A stretch of DNA of 64,000 nt, from contig CAVUXE010000052.1 in the NCBI GenBank assembly GCA_963745235.1, positions 96,001-160,000 on the forward strand. Direction: 5' to 3'. Position 1 is the first letter of the stretch; each line of letters begins with the position of its first letter. The translations under genes and the position numbers were made by a program. The notes under the pieces are model-generated. The model did no database searches. It saw nothing but the letters and a program-made list of their open reading frames with translations, and was not told where the DNA came from. The stretch is from an uncultured Spirochaetota bacterium. GTDB lineage: Bacteria > Spirochaetota > Spirochaetia > SZUA-6 > Fen-1364. Positions 19,320-30,166 of this stretch are shown piece after piece.

Positions 19320-20213
19320 GTGGGCACCAGCGCGAGTCCGGGAATAATGGTCGTCGACGATGAAGAGGCCTTGAGGTCTCTGCTCATTCGCCTGCTTGAG
19401 AAAGAGGGTTTCGAGTCCTTCCCGGCCAACGACGGGGAAGAAGCCATCAGGCTCTTTCGGGAGAGGTCCCCCCTCGTCGTCGTTTCTGACATCAGGATGC
19501 CGAGAATGGACGGGCTCACCATGCTCACGGAGATCCGCAAAATGGACCGCAGCGCGGCGGTCATCCTGATGACGGGCCAGGGAAACGAGGAGATCCTTCT
19601 CTCGGCCCTCCGTGGGGGTGCCACCAACTTCTTCAAGAAGCCGTTCAGCAGCAGGGAGCTGATCGATGAGATCCGCAGGATTGTCGGTTTCCGGCTCGAA
19701 GCCGCCAGGTCCAGCCTGTTCTCCCCCTATCTCACGGCAGAGACGAAGTCATTCGTGCTGCCCCCGCTCGTCTCCAGCTATTATCCCATCATCAACCAGG
19801 TGACGCTGCAGCTCCCCTGCCTGGTGCCGCCGGAGGAGATTCTGAACCTGAAGATCGGCATTGAGGAGATGATCACGAACGCCGTTGAGCACGGCAACCT
19901 GGGCATCAGCTTCGACGAAAAGTCGGCCGCAATCCGGGAGGGCCGGCTTGCAGAGCTCGTTGCGGAGCGCACCGCGCAGAGCGAGCGAGCCGGGCGCAGG
20001 GTCTTCATCACCTCACGGCTTCGCCCGGATGCCTTTGAGATCACAATCCGCGACGAGGGCACAGGATTCGACTGGAGGGGGTTGCCGGAGGTTGCCCCGG
20101 AGAACCTCCTGGCGTTCAGCGGCCGGGGGATATTCCTCACCAAGATCTATTTCGACGAGGTGGAGTACAACGAAACAGGCAACCAGGTCACGCTCCGCAA
20201 GAACGCCCGGTGA
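19320..20213 (+). CDS. Response regulator with C-terminal HATPase (anti-sigma-factor kinase-like) domain
   Basis: VVDDE, SDIRMP, MTG, KKP receiver motifs; EMITNAVEHGN, DEGTGFDW, GRGIF. Confidence 0.9.
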   Translation: MGTSASPGIMVVDDEEALRSLLIRLLEKEGFESFPANDGEEAIRLFRERSPLVVVSDIRMPRMDGLTMLTEIRKMDRSAAVILMTGQGNEEILLSALRGGATNFFKKPFSSRELIDEIRRIVGFRLEAARSSLFSPYLTAETKSFVLPPLVSSYYPIINQVTLQLPCLVPPEEILNLKIGIEEMITNAVEHGNLGISFDEKSAAIREGRLAELVAERTAQSERAGRRVFITSRLRPDAFEITIRDEGTGFDWRGLPEVAPENLLAFSGRGIFLTKIYFDEVEYNETGNQVTLRKNAR

Positions 20214-20237
20214 CCGCGATGGCCGGGCCGGATGGCC

Positions 20238-22022
20238 TCACACGAAGTTGTCGGTCTCGAGGTCCGTGGCAATCTGGACAGCACTCTCGATGAAGCCCGC
20301 CTTGCGTTTCTTGATGACGAGCAGGAGCGCTGCAAACCCCTTGTCGCTGTCCACCTTCCAGTCCTGGATGGACAGGGGGTCATTTTCCGAGAGCCCCGAC
20401 TGGTCTGCAACCGAGCCCCGCGTAACGCGCGTGACGATATAGTCGTTGCTCCAGAAGAACGATCCCACCTTCTGCAGCTTCATGCCAAACAGGGGATACA
20501 GGACGTTGTCACGGGTGTCCCGCTGGAGGGCCACCTCAATGGGCCGCTCGGGTCGGTTGGAGAGGCACAGGATGGCGTCCATGGTGCGCGTTCCGCGGCG
20601 CACGGTGATTTTCACGAGAGCCGGCACGGCATGGGAAAGCATGGCTTCCTGCACGTCCTGGATCTTCGTGTAGCTCGTTCCGTCCACTGACTCCAGGATG
20701 TCTCCCGAGAGGATTCCCGCCAGCGCGGCGGGCTCATCAGGAACGGTGTACACGACCTCCAGCCCCTGGTTCGTTTCAGCAAGAGCCATGCCGAGCCACG
20801 GGTGAGCAACCTCGCCTGGCTTGTAGAGGGCCGGGAGAATCTTCTCTATCCAATGGTAGGGGACGGCAAAGTTCAACCCCTGGAACTGCTCCAGCCCCGC
20901 GAACCCCACCCCAATGAGGTCCCCCTTGTCGTTCAACATGGGCCCGCCGCTGTTGCCGGGGTTCAGGGGGACGTCCACCTGCATGATATCTCCCATCTGG
21001 AGAAGGTGACGGCCCATTGCGGACACAATGCCCGAGGTAATTGTCTTCTCCAGCCCCGCGGGAGAGCCGATGGCGAATATCCGGTCTCCCGGCAATACCT
21101 GCTCTCCGCCGTAACCCCCGAAGGTGAAGGAGGAATTGATCTCAGTCTTGATGAGCGCGAGATCGAAAGTCGGGTCATACCCGATGACCTTGGCCGGTAT
21201 CCGCTCCCCCGCCGGGCTTTCGGACAGCCGGATGTACAGGCGCGAATAGCCCTTGTCCTTGGGATCCACCTCGCTCTTGATGACGTGGTGGTTGGTCAGA
21301 ATGTATCCTCTGCGGTCGATGAAGAACCCGCTGCCGATGATCTGATCGGGATAGCCGACGCCGTTCTGCACCTTGATTCCCCGGTCCACCAGGATGGTGA
21401 CGGTTCCGGTCAGCATCTGGGGGAAGGACGGCGCCGCATCCGCCTCCGCGACGGCCGCGGGCGGAATGGCAAAGCCCTTCTCTTTCATCTTCCCCAATAT
21501 GAACCGCTCCACGGCCCTGTTGCCCACGCGCCGGGCGGATTCAAGGGCGGCATTCAAGTCCGCTTCCGAAGGGTCAGGAAGGGAGATGGAGCGCTGCCGG
21601 CTCATGAGGGAAAGCACATCGTTTCCGTCCGCCTGCTCTGCCGAGGCGAGCTGGTCAAGGAGGGCTCTCTCCGTCCAATTCCCCGTCAAGGTGGTTTTCC
21701 CCAACGCTGTGGCCGAATCGAGGAGGCGCAACGCATCCTCGTACTTCTTGTCGTTGATGGCTTTCGTGAAGGAAGCGGACAGGGCGTCAAGGGCCTTGGA
21801 CTCCAGGGAATCCAGGTCAGCGGCTGACACCTCTCCCGGCTTCTCGCGCCGCAGCCAGGAGATTTCCTGCAGCGCCTGAAGGAAGGAGCCGGAGGAAATG
21901 CTGTCCTGCATTTCCTTGACCCGCACGGCGGGAAGTGGAGGAGCCGGAGGCGCAGGAGGCGTGGAGGCGCAGGAGACGAGGAGCAGCGCGGAAAGGGCAA
22001 CGATCAGAGAAAATGACTTCAC
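20238..22022 (-). CDS. Trypsin-like serine protease lipoprotein with PDZ domains
   Basis: Lipobox LLVSC; GSGF, TNHHV, DLAL, GNSGGP. Confidence 0.9.
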   Translation of the reverse strand: MKSFSLIVALSALLLVSCASTPPAPPAPPLPAVRVKEMQDSISSGSFLQALQEISWLRREKPGEVSAADLDSLESKALDALSASFTKAINDKKYEDALRLLDSATALGKTTLTGNWTERALLDQLASAEQADGNDVLSLMSRQRSISLPDPSEADLNAALESARRVGNRAVERFILGKMKEKGFAIPPAAVAEADAAPSFPQMLTGTVTILVDRGIKVQNGVGYPDQIIGSGFFIDRRGYILTNHHVIKSEVDPKDKGYSRLYIRLSESPAGERIPAKVIGYDPTFDLALIKTEINSSFTFGGYGGEQVLPGDRIFAIGSPAGLEKTITSGIVSAMGRHLLQMGDIMQVDVPLNPGNSGGPMLNDKGDLIGVGFAGLEQFQGLNFAVPYHWIEKILPALYKPGEVAHPWLGMALAETNQGLEVVYTVPDEPAALAGILSGDILESVDGTSYTKIQDVQEAMLSHAVPALVKITVRRGTRTMDAILCLSNRPERPIEVALQRDTRDNVLYPLFGMKLQKVGSFFWSNDYIVTRVTRGSVADQSGLSENDPLSIQDWKVDSDKGFAALLLVIKKRKAGFIESAVQIATDLETDNFV

Positions 22023-23938
22023 GGCAGCTCCTCCATGTATGTGACGCCCTCCTGGCGGAAGACGAGGTACCGGCTCCCGCTGATGGTGCGGTACCCTTCC
22101 GCGCTGCCGGCGTCAACCGGGACGCTTGCGGGGGCAGGCGGACCAATCCAGACCACTCCGCGGGCGGCGTCATGCGTCACCGCGACGGCGTGACCGCGGA
22201 TCGTGGCGCGAACCAGGTCTCCCTTCTTCCACACGTAGCTGACATCGAAGACGCCGTTTCTGCCCGTGGAGAAGTCCCTCACAACCGTGTCCGGCCCAGC
22301 GGGGTACTCCCGGGCGTCGTCAACTCCGTCCTCGTCGTAGTCCCAGGACTTCATCGGGCTCGGCAGGTACCTCTCACGATAATCTACTTTGCCGTCCCCG
22401 TTGGTGTCCACAGCAATCCCCGCAAGCCTGCCATCCCGCCACGTTTCGCTGACGGAGAATCTGCCTGATCCGTCCAGGTCGCGCTCTCCGCGAACCGGCT
22501 GGCCGTTCTCGTACCAGACAAGGTGGTCAAAAGCGCCGATCCCTGCCTGGGTCTTTTCTTCCATGAAGACTGGTTTGCCCCGCAGGAGATCGGTCCTCCG
22601 CGTGACTCCTCCCTCCGGATCGAGATCTTCGACGATATAGGAGGATCTGAGGATCTGGTCGACGGATGGGCTTCCCGGCTGTTCGAGTTGCGAGGGGAGC
22701 CAGTCCGGCGGGAACGGGGAGCGTCTGGCTCGCGAGAAAGGGGAACTTCATTTCGTAAGGAACAAGCAGGAAAGTGCGCGCCGTCTCGCCCCCGGGGGTG
22801 CTCAGTTTTGCAGAGTCGACGAACGGATAGGTGTTGTAGCTCAGGGTGAGAATCGTATCCGCGCCCGTGCGGACGGTCAAGGAGACCGGCATTCCCCCCT
22901 TGAACCCTGCGGTGTATTCCGGCAACCCATCTTTGTGCGTATCCCGCACCCATGAGACAAGGGATCCTCCGTCGAATACCCACCGCTCCTGATAGTAGCC
23001 GTCGCCTTGAGGATCCAGATCTCGGTTTCCGCTGAAGCGCGAAAGAGCGGACCTGAATGCGGCGGTCAGGCCTCTCCCTGCCCGGACAGCGGCCGCTACC
23101 CTCTCCACCAGGTCCTCCCGGGAGAGTCCCCCGTTGTCGATGAACTGCGACAGGTATTTCTGCGGGTTCCCAGCGTGCGGCCTCCAGGGCAAGGACAGCC
23201 GCAAGCGGATCCTTGCCTCCCCTTCCCGCATAGCGGTCCACCGCGGCCACCCTTGCGGCGGGGCCCGGCTCCAGCTCCGCCGCGCGCAGAAGGAGGGCAA
23301 GGCTCCCCGGATGCACATCGAGCTGGGTCGCGATGAGCTGACGAGCCGCGGACCTCCTCCCTTCACGCTCAAGCGCCCCCGCAGCAATGAGCGCGAACCG
23401 GTCTTCAAGCGGGAACCTGGCCTCTGCATCTGTAAGGAGGCGCCGCAACGCGCCGGTGTTGCCATCTCTTTCGTACACCATGGCAAGAAGCAGCGGCGCT
23501 TCCGGATCCGACGGGTCTTGCGCCGCAAGGGGCACCAGCAAATCCTGCGCCTCGGGGAGCCTGCCCATGCGAAGGAGAAGTCCAGCCAGGGCCTTCCGCG
23601 CGGCGGAGGGATCAGTCAGGGTCCACGATCCGCCGGCAATCGCCCGGCGCAAATCATCCATCGCTCCCAGCGTTCTGGCGCGGTCCGTCAGCTCCAGCTC
23701 GAGCGCGGAGGTAAAGCGCCTCCGAATAGTCAGGTGCAAGCTGGAGTGCCGCGGCAACGAGATCAGAGGCATCTGACTGTGCGCCTGCGGCGAGCGATGA
23801 GCGCGCCTGGACCAGGAAGGCATCCGCCTGCGCGCGCGCCGCATCGACGCCCACCGGTTGCGCAGCCGCGCGGGTCGGTCGACCGGAGGCGAGAATTGCG
23901 AAGAGCAGGAGGAAAGCGACGGCAGGGTTCTTCTTCAC
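22019..23938 (-). CDS. Exported TPR-like protein (several frameshifts)
   Basis: Signal peptide MKKNPAVAFLLLF; helical repeats, then DxDxDG repeats; pieces in ORFs 23654-23938, 22384-23844, 22527-23528 and 22019-22564. Confidence 0.6.
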
Positions 23939-23970
23939 TCTACCCTGAATATCGGCGCGGGCCGACCGTT

Positions 23971-25889
23971 CTATCGAGGGCCGACGGAAGCAGGGATCAC
24001 CGGCGTTGTGTCGACATCGTATTCCCGCTTCCTCGGGGGAAACCCAAGGAGGGTGCGGATCTCATCATCGTCCAGATTTTCCTTCACGAGGAGCGTGTCG
24101 CTGAGCAGCTTGAGCTTGTCCTTCTGCTCCGTGAGGATCCGAAGGGCGTCGGAAAGGGAGGCCTCGACGATCTTCTTGATCTCGTCATCGATGGCGCGAG
24201 CGGTCTCCTCAGAGTAGTCCTTGTGGCGCGCAATCTCCTTGCCGAGGAAGATGGGCTCCTCCTTCTGTCCATACGCGATGGGCCCCAGCACGTCGCTCAT
24301 CCCCCATTCGCAGACCATCCTCCGGGCAATCTCCGTAGCCTGCTCCAGGTCGTTCGCGGCTCCCGTGGTGGTCTCGTTATAGAAGATTTTTTCCGCGGCG
24401 TAGCCGCCCATCGCGATGGTGATGCGGTCCTCCAGCCATCCCTTGTTGCGCGAATACGTGTCGTTCTCCGGCAGAGAGAAGGCGACCCCAAGCGCCCGGC
24501 CGTGAGGGATGATGGTAATCTTGTGCAGAGGATCCGCGTTCTTCAGGAAATAGTGGAGCAGCCCGTGGCCTGCCTCGTGGCAAGCGACCATCTGCTTTTC
24601 CTTGGGGGGGATGACCTTGGACTTGCGGGCAACTCCCATGAGCGTCTTGTCCCGGGCCTCCTCGAAGTCATCCATGTCCACGGCGTCCTTGCCCTTGCGG
24701 CCGGCAAACAGGGCCGCCTCGTTCACGAGGTTGGCAAGATCCGCCCCGGAAGACCCGGGAGTTGCGCGCGCCAGCCGGGCAGAGCTCCACGTTTGCGGCA
24801 AGCGGAAGCTTGCGGGCGTGAAGCCTCAGGATCAGCTCCCGCTCTTTCACATCCGGCATGTCGACCACGACCTGCCTGTCGAAGCGGCCGGGCCGAAGGA
24901 GCGCAGGGTCAAGGACGTCCGGCCTGTTGGTGGCCGCCAGGATGATCACACCGTCCTTGGTGTCGAAGCCGTCCATCTCCACCAGCATCTGGTTGAGGGT
25001 CTGTTCCCGCTCATCATGACCGCCGCCGTAGCCGGCGCCTCGGGTGCGGCCCACGGCGTCCAGCTCGTCAATGAAAAGGATGCACGGCGCATGGCGCCTG
25101 CCCTGCTCGAAAAGGTCACGCACCCTGCTTGCGCCCACGCCGACGAACATTTCAACGAAGTCAGAACCGGACATGTGGAAGAAAGCAACGTTGGCTTCTC
25201 CCGCAATGGCCTTTGCGAGGAGGGTCTTCCCCGTGCCCGGGCATGCCGACCAGGAGGACTCCCTTCGGGATCTTCGCCCCGAGGCGGGAGAACTTCTGCG
25301 GGCTCTTGAGAAACTCCACCACTTCCTGCAGCTCGTACTTGGCTTCATCCTGCCCCGCGACGTCCGTGAAGGTGATCCGCTTCGACCCTTCCAGGTAGCG
25401 CTTGGCCCTGCTTTTGCCGAATGAGAACGCCTTGTTCCCATTCCCCTGCACCTGGCGGAACATGAACCATATGAAGAAGAAACCGATCACCCAGGGAAGG
25501 AACTGGATCAGGACCGCGAGCGGTGATACGGCCTTTGCCCCTCCGGAAACCTTCACGCCCTTGTCCTTGAGCGTCTTCATCAGGTCGTTGTCCGGGTAGG
25601 GAATGGTGGTCTTGAAGAAGTTCGTCTCACCTGACTTCGACTTGAAGGTCCCCTGGATCTCGTACTGGTCAATGATCTTCACCGAGTCTACCTGTCCCTC
25701 GTCGAGATAGGTCTGAAAGGCGGAATAGGACAGCTCCTGGGAGAGGGTCCTGTCGTTGTACACGAAGAAGAAGATGAAGAACGAGACCAGGATCAGCAGG
25801 GAAATAAGGGCGATGCGGTTGTTGAAGTTGAACCGCGGGATCCGAGGATCCGGTCCCTTGTCGTCTCTGTTGTCGTTATTGTTGCTCAC
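23971..25889 (-). CDS. ftsH: ATP-dependent zinc metalloprotease FtsH (two frameshifts, about 25240 and 24780)
   Basis: [12 protein letters not shown]; [11 protein letters not shown]; [11 protein letters not shown]; [10 protein letters not shown]; HEAGH. Confidence 0.95.
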
Positions 25890-27299
25890 GTCCCTCTTCC
25901 ATGTTCCCTGCTTGCTCGTACAACGATGCGATCCGCGTCCCCGCCGCCGGGAACCAGAGCGCCCCACCGCGTCCGGCTCGGGTATCCGAGCGCGCGCCCC
26001 AGGACAGCCACCACCCCCTTCCTGTCAGCCAGGATGGGGACTTGTTGCCTGTGTCCCACGGAAACCTTCCACCCGGCAAACAGCTCTTTCAGAGGTGTTG
26101 CACCGTGTTCAAGAAGAATTTCGTCTCCTCTTCTCCTTGACCTGAGGACGAGCGGCGGCTCGATATCCCGCGCCAGCAACGCGGTTTCTTCTGCCGCTGG
26201 ACTCCTTTTTCCACTGCACCGGGCAAACTTCACGCGCACACCGATTCCCGGTACGCTGAAGCTTCCGGTTTCGGAGACTTCTATAAAATAGCTCTTTTTG
26301 CCGGGCCTGACAATATGGCGTTCCCAGGAAAGGCTTCCGGAGCGCACAACAAGCTGAACACCGTGTCCTCGGACAACCGTCCCCGCCGTCGCGGGCAGGC
26401 TCCGCCCAAGGGCGGGCGCGATAAATCGCCACGGAAGCCTTCGCGGGGAAGACGGCGCTCTCAGCAAATCGTACATTCTCATGAGCTCGGCAGCCCGTAC
26501 CGCTGGGGCGGATGCAAAGAACGCCCCCCGGGGGATGGAAAACCCCTCGGGAGTGCTTGTCCAGCCCATTCGCTTGCCTTCCTCGCGCAGCAGTTGAGCT
26601 ACCAGGGGCGCCTTGCGTGAGAAGCCGAGGATGCCCGAGCGGGAGCCTGGAAACTCCTTTGCCAGCAGCGGCAGAAGAACATGGCGAACGCGGTTTCGAA
26701 GGATTGCGAGGTCCTGGTTTGTCTCGTCCTCCCGCCATCCCTGCTCGAGGGACCTCAGGTATTCGATGATCTCCATCCGCGTGCATCCAAGCAAGGGGCG
26801 TATGAGCCGTCCCCTCACCATCGCCATCCCGGCCAATCCGGCGACATCAGAACCCTGGAGGAATCGCATCAGAATGGTTTCAAGCAGGTCGTCCTGCGTG
26901 TGGCCGAGGGCAATCCAATCGAGGCCGAGCCGGGACGACGTGTCCAGCAGGAGCCTGTGACGCTCCTCTCTGGCAATCTCCTCGAGACTCCGTGACTCGT
27001 CCCTGGCCCTCTGCCTGCAGTGCCCGGAGGCAACCCGGGCAAATGGTCAGGGGAATTCGCAAAGACTCACAGAGCGACCCCGCGAAAGCGATGTCTGCTT
27101 CGACCTCGGAGGCAGCGCGTATGCCGTGATCCACGATGCATGCGTGCAGCGTCATGCCCCACTCAGCCTGTATCGATGCAAGAAACCGCAGCATGGCGGT
27201 CGAGTCCGGTCCGCCTGAAAGACCGATCACCAGGGAGGCTCCGCTTGAAACTCCACAGTCACGAAGAGCATCCCGCGCGCGTGCTTCCAAGAGCGTCAT
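25886..27299 (-). CDS. tilS: tRNA(Ile)-lysidine synthetase (frameshifted about 26880-27040)
   Basis: SGGPDS PP-loop, DHGIR, IRPLL, RNRVR, TilS_C region. Confidence 0.92.
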
Positions 27300-27883
27300 G
27301 ACTGGCTTGCTGGCTCTTTGCGGTTGTACGTGTTCATCACTTTTTCCGGCCCATGCTGGACCAGCGTCAGGACAGCGTCCACTGCCTTGCCTACCCCTTC
27401 GGCCATCAGGGCGGCCTCGTCCCTGCCCGGAGGCGTGAGGACGTGGCCAATGACTTTTCCCTTGTGCGACGGCCTTCCGATGCCAACCGTCAGGCGCATG
27501 AACTCCTCCGTGCCCAGAGCCTGGATGACAGATTCCAATCCCTTCTGGCCGCCGGAAGAGCCGCGAAGCCGGAACCTGCAGTTTCCGGGGGAGAGATCCA
27601 AGGTGTCGCAAACAACCACCAGCTCAGCCGGTGAGCTCCCCGTCTCCCTGAGCGCCTCACGGACGGCCTTTCCAGAGTTGTTCATGAAGGTCAACGGCTT
27701 GAGAAGGTAGAAGCTTCCGCCCCCCGCAGACGCCTTTGTGATGCTGTAGGAGCGGAAAAGCTTCTTCCTGAAGGAAACGCCAAGGCGTTCCGCCAGACTG
27801 TCCACGACCGAGAACCCGACGTTGTGGCGGGTATCCGCGTACCTCTCGCCGGGATTCCCCAGACCGACGACGACCAGGGGCAG
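27296..27883 (-). CDS. pth: Peptidyl-tRNA hydrolase (apparent CTG start)
   Basis: VVVGLGNPG.RY.DTRHNVGF; KPLTFMNNSG; RL.VGIGRP. Confidence 0.95.
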   Translation of the reverse strand: MPLVVVGLGNPGERYADTRHNVGFSVVDSLAERLGVSFRKKLFRSYSITKASAGGGSFYLLKPLTFMNNSGKAVREALRETGSSPAELVVVCDTLDLSPGNCRFRLRGSSGGQKGLESVIQALGTEEFMRLTVGIGRPSHKGKVIGHVLTPPGRDEAALMAEGVGKAVDAVLTLVQHGPEKVMNTYNRKEPASQS

Positions 27884-27886
27884 GGA

Positions 27887-28546
27887 CTACTCCTCTTTCT
27901 CCTCTGATTCCTCGGTGGCTTCGCCCTCTCCCTCCGCAGCGGCCTCTCCTTCCGCGGGGACTTCGCCTTCCACGGGTACGGGAGCGACTTCCTCTTCCGC
28001 CTTCCGATGGGCCACGAGGCAGACAACCTGGTCCGGGGCCAGAAGCACCCTGAGACCAGGCGGCAGCGTGAGGTCCCTGACGTGGAGCGCCCGATCGAGA
28101 GCAAGCTCCGAAATGTCCAGGATGATCTCTTCCGGCAGGTCCTTCGGGAGGCACTCCACGTCAAGCTCGCGCAGCTGCGTCTCGAGGATACCGCCTTCCT
28201 TCACGCCAACGGGGTTGCCCGTCAGGCGGATGGGGACCCTCGTCCGCAGAGCCTTGCCCTTCTCGAACTCGTAGAAGTCGACATGGAGGATCTGCCCGGT
28301 GAGGTTGTCCCTCTGGTAGTCCTTGACCAGCACTTCATGAACGCCTTCCGGCATGCGCAGCTCGACGATGGTGTTCTCCGTGATCCTCTTGAAAGCATTC
28401 CTGAACTCGCGGGCATCTACGGTGATGGCCGTGGGTGAGGTGTGCCCGTAGATGACCGCGGGGATCTTTCCATCACGCCGCAGCCGGCCGGCGGCCGACT
28501 TGCCGCCTCCCTGGCGTGACTCGACATTCAGTTTCTTCGCTTCCAT
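27887..28546 (-). CDS. rplY: 50S ribosomal protein L25 (Ctc/TL5 long form)
   Basis: RLRRDGKIPAVIYG; HVDFY; GVKEGG; acidic tail. Confidence 0.97.
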   Translation of the reverse strand: MEAKKLNVESRQGGGKSAAGRLRRDGKIPAVIYGHTSPTAITVDAREFRNAFKRITENTIVELRMPEGVHEVLVKDYQRDNLTGQILHVDFYEFEKGKALRTRVPIRLTGNPVGVKEGGILETQLRELDVECLPKDLPEEIILDISELALDRALHVRDLTLPPGLRVLLAPDQVVCLVAHRKAEEEVAPVPVEGEVPAEGEAAAEGEGEATEESEEKEE

Positions 28547-28665
28547 GCAAAGACTCCTTGGTAGCCTCGTCTCCCCGCCAGGGAAGCGAAGCAGATATGT
28601 GCCTGGGGCCGCCGCAACCCACCCGTGGCACCGGGTGAGCGGCGGCCGTACCGCCTGCACGATCG

Positions 28666-28738
28666 CTGGGACGGCAGGATTCGAACCTGCGAAATGCCGG
28701 AACCAAAATCCGGTGGCTTACCGCTTGCCGACGTCCCA
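28666..28738 (-). tRNA. tRNA-Gln(TTG)
   Basis: TGGGACG/CGTCCCA acceptor stem; anticodon loop TTTTGGT; GGTTCGAATCC. Confidence 0.96.
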
Positions 28739-28821
28739 AGGCGGCGCGGGTTTGAAGCATCTGGCTGCCTCCGCGCCCGGAACCCGGAGCCCTCCCGCGT
28801 GAGGGGCCGCTGCGGCCAGGC

Positions 28822-29175
28822 TCAGCCCGGCTCCGGCTCCCCGCTCTCGAGGGGCTCACCGTCATCCGAAGCGCCATCCGAGAGCGTCACATCCATATCC
28901 TGGCCCGAAATATGCTGTTCTCCGCCCCCTTTGTCAAACTCCTCCAGGATTTTCGCCTGGATTTTCCTGCGGAACTCGGAGTTGATGGGATGGGCAATGT
29001 CCTTGAACTCCCCATCCCGCGTCTTCCTGCTCGGCATCGCCACGAACCGACCGAACTGGCCCATGATGATCTTGAGGTTGTGCACGACGAAGCAGTTGTC
29101 GAAGGTGATCGTGACGTACGCCTTCAGCTTGTTGTCAGACTCTACCTTCTTGATGCGAATGTCCGTTATCTCCAT
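28822..29175 (-). CDS. spoVG: SpoVG nucleic-acid-binding regulator
   Basis: MEITDIRI...LKAYVTITFDNCFVVHNLKII...FVAMPSRK...DIAHPI. Confidence 0.97.
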   Translation of the reverse strand: MEITDIRIKKVESDNKLKAYVTITFDNCFVVHNLKIIMGQFGRFVAMPSRKTRDGEFKDIAHPINSEFRRKIQAKILEEFDKGGGEQHISGQDMDVTLSDGASDDGEPLESGEPEPG

Positions 29176-29345
29176 GGGTGGCCTCCCACTGGCGAATCCG
29201 CATCTGGCCATTCTAACAGACGGCGGGAAGGGAAGCAAGAGGCGCGGAAAAGGGTGAAAAGGGTGCGGAAAAGGGGCCCGAAGTGGCGCCGCGCCCGTGC
29301 CTTTTCCGTGATTCAACGATCCCACGTTTGAAAGGAAAAAACTAG

Positions 29346-29375
29346 TTGACAAGTCTCAAAATCTGGACGTAGATT
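29346..29375 (+). promoter_or_regulatory. Sigma70-type promoter for the acidic protein
   Basis: A-rich UP tract then TTGACA-18nt-TAGATT. Confidence 0.6.
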
Positions 29376-29417
29376 CAGCTGGGTTTCATACTTCACGGGC
29401 TCAGACGGGGTGTAAAC

Positions 29418-29819
29418 ATGCTGGAAAATATGAGAAACAATGACGGCGAGATCCCGGCCGGATTCCTCCCGTATTCCCTGGCAAAGGGCAAAGGAAAAGA
29501 AGAAGAAGAGCCCGCTTCCGGTGGAGATGAGGAGGAAGAAGATCTGGACGAGGACTTCGATGACTACGAGGATGATCTCGAAGAGGACTATGACGAGGAA
29601 GAAATAGAAGAAGAGGAAGACGAGGATTTCGAAGAGGACCTCGATGAGGACTTCGAGGAAGAAGAAGAGGAAGAAGAGGAGGAGGAAGAGGAAGAGGAGG
29701 AAGACGAAGAGGATTTTGACGAGGACGAGGAAGAAGAAGAATACGACGAGGAAGACTATCTCGACGAAGAAGAATACGACATTGACGAAGACCTCGACTA
29801 CGAGGACTTCGACCAGTAA
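29418..29819 (+). CDS. Extremely acidic low-complexity protein
   Basis: About three-quarters D/E over the last ~105 aa, encoded with mixed synonymous codons; own promoter. Confidence 0.75.
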   Translation: MLENMRNNDGEIPAGFLPYSLAKGKGKEEEEPASGGDEEEEDLDEDFDDYEDDLEEDYDEEEIEEEEDEDFEEDLDEDFEEEEEEEEEEEEEEEEDEEDFDEDEEEEEYDEEDYLDEEEYDIDEDLDYEDFDQ

Positions 29820-30166
29820 GGGATGCGCTCTGCCTTGAACCAGAGCCGTTCCAGGTCATAAAAGTCCCGCTGTTCCTTTTCCATCAAGTGCACAATGAAG
29901 TCCCCGCAATCCAGAAGAAGCCACCCGTTGACCGCCGACCGGCGGTGATGACCCCGCGGTTGGATTCCGCGGGAATTGAAGAACTCAGTCAGCTCCCGAA
30001 GGAGCCCGGCGAGGTGAGCCGAGCTGCGCGCCGTGGTGATGACGAAAAAGTCGGCAAACGTGGATGTGCCCGTGATGTCCAGCACCACGGTGTCCTCTCC
30101 CTTGTGATCCGTGATCAGCCGGGCCGCCTCGAGGACGGTATCCCTACTGTTTGACGAACCTGCCAT
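29798..30166 (-). CDS. rsfS: Ribosome silencing factor
   Basis: KGEDTVVLD; DFFVI; WLLLDCGDFIVHLM...R.FYDLERLW. Confidence 0.95.
   Translation of the reverse strand: MAGSSNSRDTVLEAARLITDHKGEDTVVLDITGTSTFADFFVITTARSSAHLAGLLRELTEFFNSRGIQPRGHHRRSAVNGWLLLDCGDFIVHLMEKEQRDFYDLERLWFKAERIPYWSKSS

Noticed and set aside
29500-29815. GAA/GAG microsatellite or assembly artefact
   Set aside because: Mixed synonymous codons, a preserved frame and an upstream promoter fit a protein-coding low-complexity region better
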